NCBI GenBank assembly: GCA_039189765.1
Contig: JBCCYL010000002.1
Location: forward strand, 64,001-128,000
Reading direction: 5' to 3'
DNA length: 64,000 nt
Source of the DNA: Cyanobacteria bacterium P01_F01_bin.150
GTDB lineage: Bacteria > Cyanobacteriota > Cyanobacteriia > CAKZMO01
A model generated the notes under the pieces. That model had not been told where the DNA came from. It ran no database searches and saw only the letters and a list, made by a program, of their open reading frames with translations. Below, one piece after another: positions 61,163 to 64,000 of this stretch. The position numbers and the translations under genes were made by a program. The stretch's first letter is position 1. Each line of letters starts with the position of its first letter.

Positions 61163-62953
61163 GTGTTGTTGGCGCTGTGTAAGGAGTCCGTAAAGATGCT
61201 TCGTAGGCATACTGCATTCATTGGAATTATCTGTGGTTTAGTTGGTTGGCTGGGAGAAAGTTCTATTGCCCAGGCGGATACTCCTTTGACTCACGCAGAT
61301 ATCCAGCAAATTCGCAATCAGGTTGACTTTATTCCAGAGAATGGCTCTGCTCGTCTTGCTGAACTCTCAGATCGGCTGATTCCAGGAGATGCCCTTTCAA
61401 CTCGTCAGTCTTCGTTCGCTGAGCTGGAGTTCAATGATGGAACTTTAGCTCGTGTTGGTGAATTTGTACTCTTTCGCTTTCAACCCAACACTCGCACTGT
61501 TGATCTGGAAAATGGCACGTTGTTACTCCTTATTCCACCGGATCAAGGAACGACTAATTTGCGTACACCCAATGCAAATGCAGGAATTAGAGGTTCTGGG
61601 CTATTTGTTCGCTACATTGAAGGCGATACTCCCGAGCAGTCTACCACTCTGATTGGAGCCTTAACGACCAGCGGTATTACTGTTGCCAATACAACTGAGT
61701 CTCTTGTTTGGAATGATGAGAGCGATTCATTTACATCTGTGGAGGACAGTCACTCAACTCCCACCGTCGTTGAGTTGGAAGCTGGGCATATGGCCGTTAT
61801 TGTCGGCAATAGTACACCCCAAGTCTTTTCATTTGAACTTGACCTGTTCTATCAAACCAGTACCTTGGTGTCGGGGTTGGACTTAGATGGCGATGGCGAT
61901 ACCTCAGTGGCAATTTGGAGAGAGGAACCCCGTGATGGCGAACATCTCCTCTCTGTCCCAGCTACCAGCACCAACGGTGAACGGGATGCGATCGCCCTTG
62001 TTAGGGAAGAAACAAAAGACGGTCTTTTTGCCCAAGCCGGAACCCTTACTACTCCCTACATTGATAATCCTCCATTTGTATACGGTGGTGACTGGCAGCC
62101 CTCGACTGCTTGGTTGCCATTAGCTCCTCAGCAAAATCCAAGTTACGGTGAAGCTGTCGATAATATGATTGATGCCGCAGAGCTGCAAACTCCTCAATCG
62201 AATCTGGGAACAGTGCCTTCTGGGGAGAGAATTGCGCCTCCTCCCATTGAGCAACCACATATTGTAGGACCCATGCCAACGGTTGGGCCAAGGCCAGATC
62301 GAGGAATAGATATTCCACCTCCACTAACCCCTCCAACGATACCATCCCCACCCTCTGTTCCATCTCCACAACCCCCTACTGCATTCCCTCCCCAGGCCCC
62401 ATTGCCAAGTCCCTTACCCCCTACAACCCCAATCTTTCAGCCAACGCCGAGTCCAATGCCTCCAGAGCCAACGCCGAGTCCAATGCCTCCAGAACCAACG
62501 CCGAGCCCAATGCCTCCAGAGCCAGCGCCGAGTCCAATGCCTCCAGAACCAACGCCGAGTCCGATGCCTCCAGAACCAACGCCGAGTCCAGAACCCCCTG
62601 AGCCAACTCCAAATCCTGGCCCCTTGCCTGACCCACCCACTATCCCATTTCCACAAGGCAATCCTGAAGCCCCAGATAGCGATCCTCCTGAGATGACACC
62701 AAGTCCACCTGAAGGGACCAACTCTCCTCCTCCCTCAGAGGCTCAAAGTCCGAATGAAACCCAACAGCCGGAACAACCTAATACTCCACCCGAACCCAGT
62801 ACTCCTTCGATAGATGATGGGCAAGTTACACAGCAACCGGATTTTGATATATTTGGGGGCGATTCTGGAGAAGGGGCATCAGACGATGGTGATAATATCC
62901 CATCTGGTCCTATGCTGCCATCTGAAGGAAGTATTGACGTCAACCGTGAGTAA
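61163..62953 (+). CDS. FecR-domain exported protein with Pro-rich C-terminus (start probably ATG ~61196)
   Basis: Signal-peptide-like N-terminus ending AQA; GDALST..AELEFNDGTLARVG..TPNANAGIRGS. Confidence 0.85.
   Translation: MLLALCKESVKMLRRHTAFIGIICGLVGWLGESSIAQADTPLTHADIQQIRNQVDFIPENGSARLAELSDRLIPGDALSTRQSSFAELEFNDGTLARVGEFVLFRFQPNTRTVDLENGTLLLLIPPDQGTTNLRTPNANAGIRGSGLFVRYIEGDTPEQSTTLIGALTTSGITVANTTESLVWNDESDSFTSVEDSHSTPTVVELEAGHMAVIVGNSTPQVFSFELDLFYQTSTLVSGLDLDGDGDTSVAIWREEPRDGEHLLSVPATSTNGERDAIALVREETKDGLFAQAGTLTTPYIDNPPFVYGGDWQPSTAWLPLAPQQNPSYGEAVDNMIDAAELQTPQSNLGTVPSGERIAPPPIEQPHIVGPMPTVGPRPDRGIDIPPPLTPPTIPSPPSVPSPQPPTAFPPQAPLPSPLPPTTPIFQPTPSPMPPEPTPSPMPPEPTPSPMPPEPAPSPMPPEPTPSPMPPEPTPSPEPPEPTPNPGPLPDPPTIPFPQGNPEAPDSDPPEMTPSPPEGTNSPPPSEAQSPNETQQPEQPNTPPEPSTPSIDDGQVTQQPDFDIFGGDSGEGASDDGDNIPSGPMLPSEGSIDVNRE
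62441..62602 (+). repeat. 27-bp coding tandem repeat (PTPSPMPPE), ~6 copies
   Basis: CCAACGCCGAGTCCAATGCCTCCAGAG units with period 27. Confidence 0.9.
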
Positions 62954-63080
62954 AAGAAGAATAGGTTTCCTTGCAAAATCCTATTGAGCCAGCCAATATG
63001 GGTGATGTCCTACTGCCAATTTGACCCTTATGGCTAGCGAATAAAGAGTCTGTAAGCACCCAGACAAAATTATTTTTATC

Positions 63081-63111
63081 GGAGTGTGCGCCTCTTCGAG
63101 GCGCACACTCC
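63081..63111. repeat. Perfect 14-bp-stem hairpin, triloop TTC/GAA
   Basis: GGAGTGTGCGCCTC-TTC-GAGGCGCACACTCC. Confidence 0.85.
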
Positions 63112-63173
63112 AATTTTCATTAAATTAATTATGTCCACCTGCTTATAAAGCTAGTATCGCGTCAGCTTTATTG

Positions 63174-63205
63174 TGAGGGGAAAATCCCTCGCGATTTTCC
63201 CCTCA
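63174..63205. terminator. 13-bp-stem hairpin, possible terminator
   Basis: TGAGGGGAAAATC-CCTCGC-GATTTTCCCCTCA, 19 bp beyond the DMT stop. Confidence 0.6.
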
Positions 63206-63224
63206 TTTATTTCTTGATAGAGTA

Positions 63225-64000
63225 CTAGACTCCTTTGAAAGTAACCGATTCGCTTTTGTCGATTTGGCAAGAAGTTGCTTCTTGGCTGAGCCGAGGTTTA
63301 ATACGTTGGACTCCGATTTGGTTTAGGGCAATTCCTCCGAGGATGACGATGCCACCAATGTACTGGCCTAGGGTAGGCACGTCGCCTAGTAGGAGGTAAG
63401 CGGCAAGAACGCCTGCTAGGGGATTAAAGGCTGTGGCGAGGGAAATCTCGCTGGCGTTGCTAAGTTTTAGGCCGTTAAACCAGGCGAGTTGACCACCCAC
63501 TACAATCACTGCGCTGTAGAATAACATCCATTTCCATAGGAAAGGAGAGGCGGTATCCATTAGGTGACTGGGGCCAAATAAAACAATCACCGTTACAAAA
63601 AATACGACAGTGCCCAATGCCACACGGTAAACATTGAAAATGCCCAGGGGGATTTGCTGGAGGCTGACTTTGCTAATCACGTTGGAGATGGCCTTAAAGA
63701 CGGCTGCGGCTAAGGTAAGGATCTCACCGAGGCCAATTTCCATCCCACCCATCGACACCATCTCGTCGCTCGGAGGGGCGATGATAACGGTTAGGGCCAC
63801 GCCGATAAAGGCGAGAATGGCTCCGGCAATCACCCAGCGGTTGATGCGATCGCCCAGAAACCACACTGATAGAGCTAGAACTAAAGGCGTATCAAGTTGA
63901 CCAATCAGAATCACGTTATTAACGGAGGTTATGGCAAGGGCGCTAAAGATAAGGGTGGGGACGACGGCGGAGCTAAGGATGGCGACAATGGTGAGGATAG
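63225..64000 (-). CDS. DMT/EamA-family transporter (5' end outside the window)
   Basis: Multiple TM helices; frame open to the window edge; PLAGVLAAYLLLGD.P..GQYIGG. Confidence 0.85.
   Translation of the reverse strand, partial: ILTIVAILSSAVVPTLIFSALAITSVNNVILIGQLDTPLVLALSVWFLGDRINRWVIAGAILAFIGVALTVIIAPPSDEMVSMGGMEIGLGEILTLAAAVFKAISNVISKVSLQQIPLGIFNVYRVALGTVVFFVTVIVLFGPSHLMDTASPFLWKWMLFYSAVIVVGGQLAWFNGLKLSNASEISLATAFNPLAGVLAAYLLLGDVPTLGQYIGGIVILGGIALNQIGVQRIKPRLSQEATSCQIDKSESVTFKGV

Overview
64 kb of a cyanobacterial chromosome, probably from a filamentous lineage (abundant HIP1 octamer GCGATCGC, heptamer STRR-type repeats, Uma2 genes, LabA, cyanobacterial SigA). Most of it is core or housekeeping genes: sigA, birA, pgeF, pepP, egtC, yidD, lptA-like, leuA, labA, purN, ffh-rpsP-KH-phoH, rpmB. 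The main accessory locus is 15.1-26.2 kb. There a stand-alone P-loop ATPase gene is followed 4 bp later by a ~2,390-aa NLR-like protein (putative degenerate N-terminal domain, NACHT, ~30 TPRs). Its central TPR block is AT-rich and internally duplicated in 480-bp units, and Uma2-family genes flank the pair, one of them a pseudogene broken at a hairpin. Non-coding DNA holds an 81-bp MITE-like element with a 9-bp target duplication, GTAG-type REP/REPIN elements, and several long-stem hairpins with unrelated stems but shared C-GNA-G triloops. Other points: a catalytically degenerate LabA/NYN paralogue, a Prx-Trx-TetR redox module with a visible promoter and paired operators, and an unannotated ATPase pseudogene. 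I saw no rRNA, tRNA, CRISPR array or intact transposase. All family assignments come from recognising motifs by eye, not from database searches.
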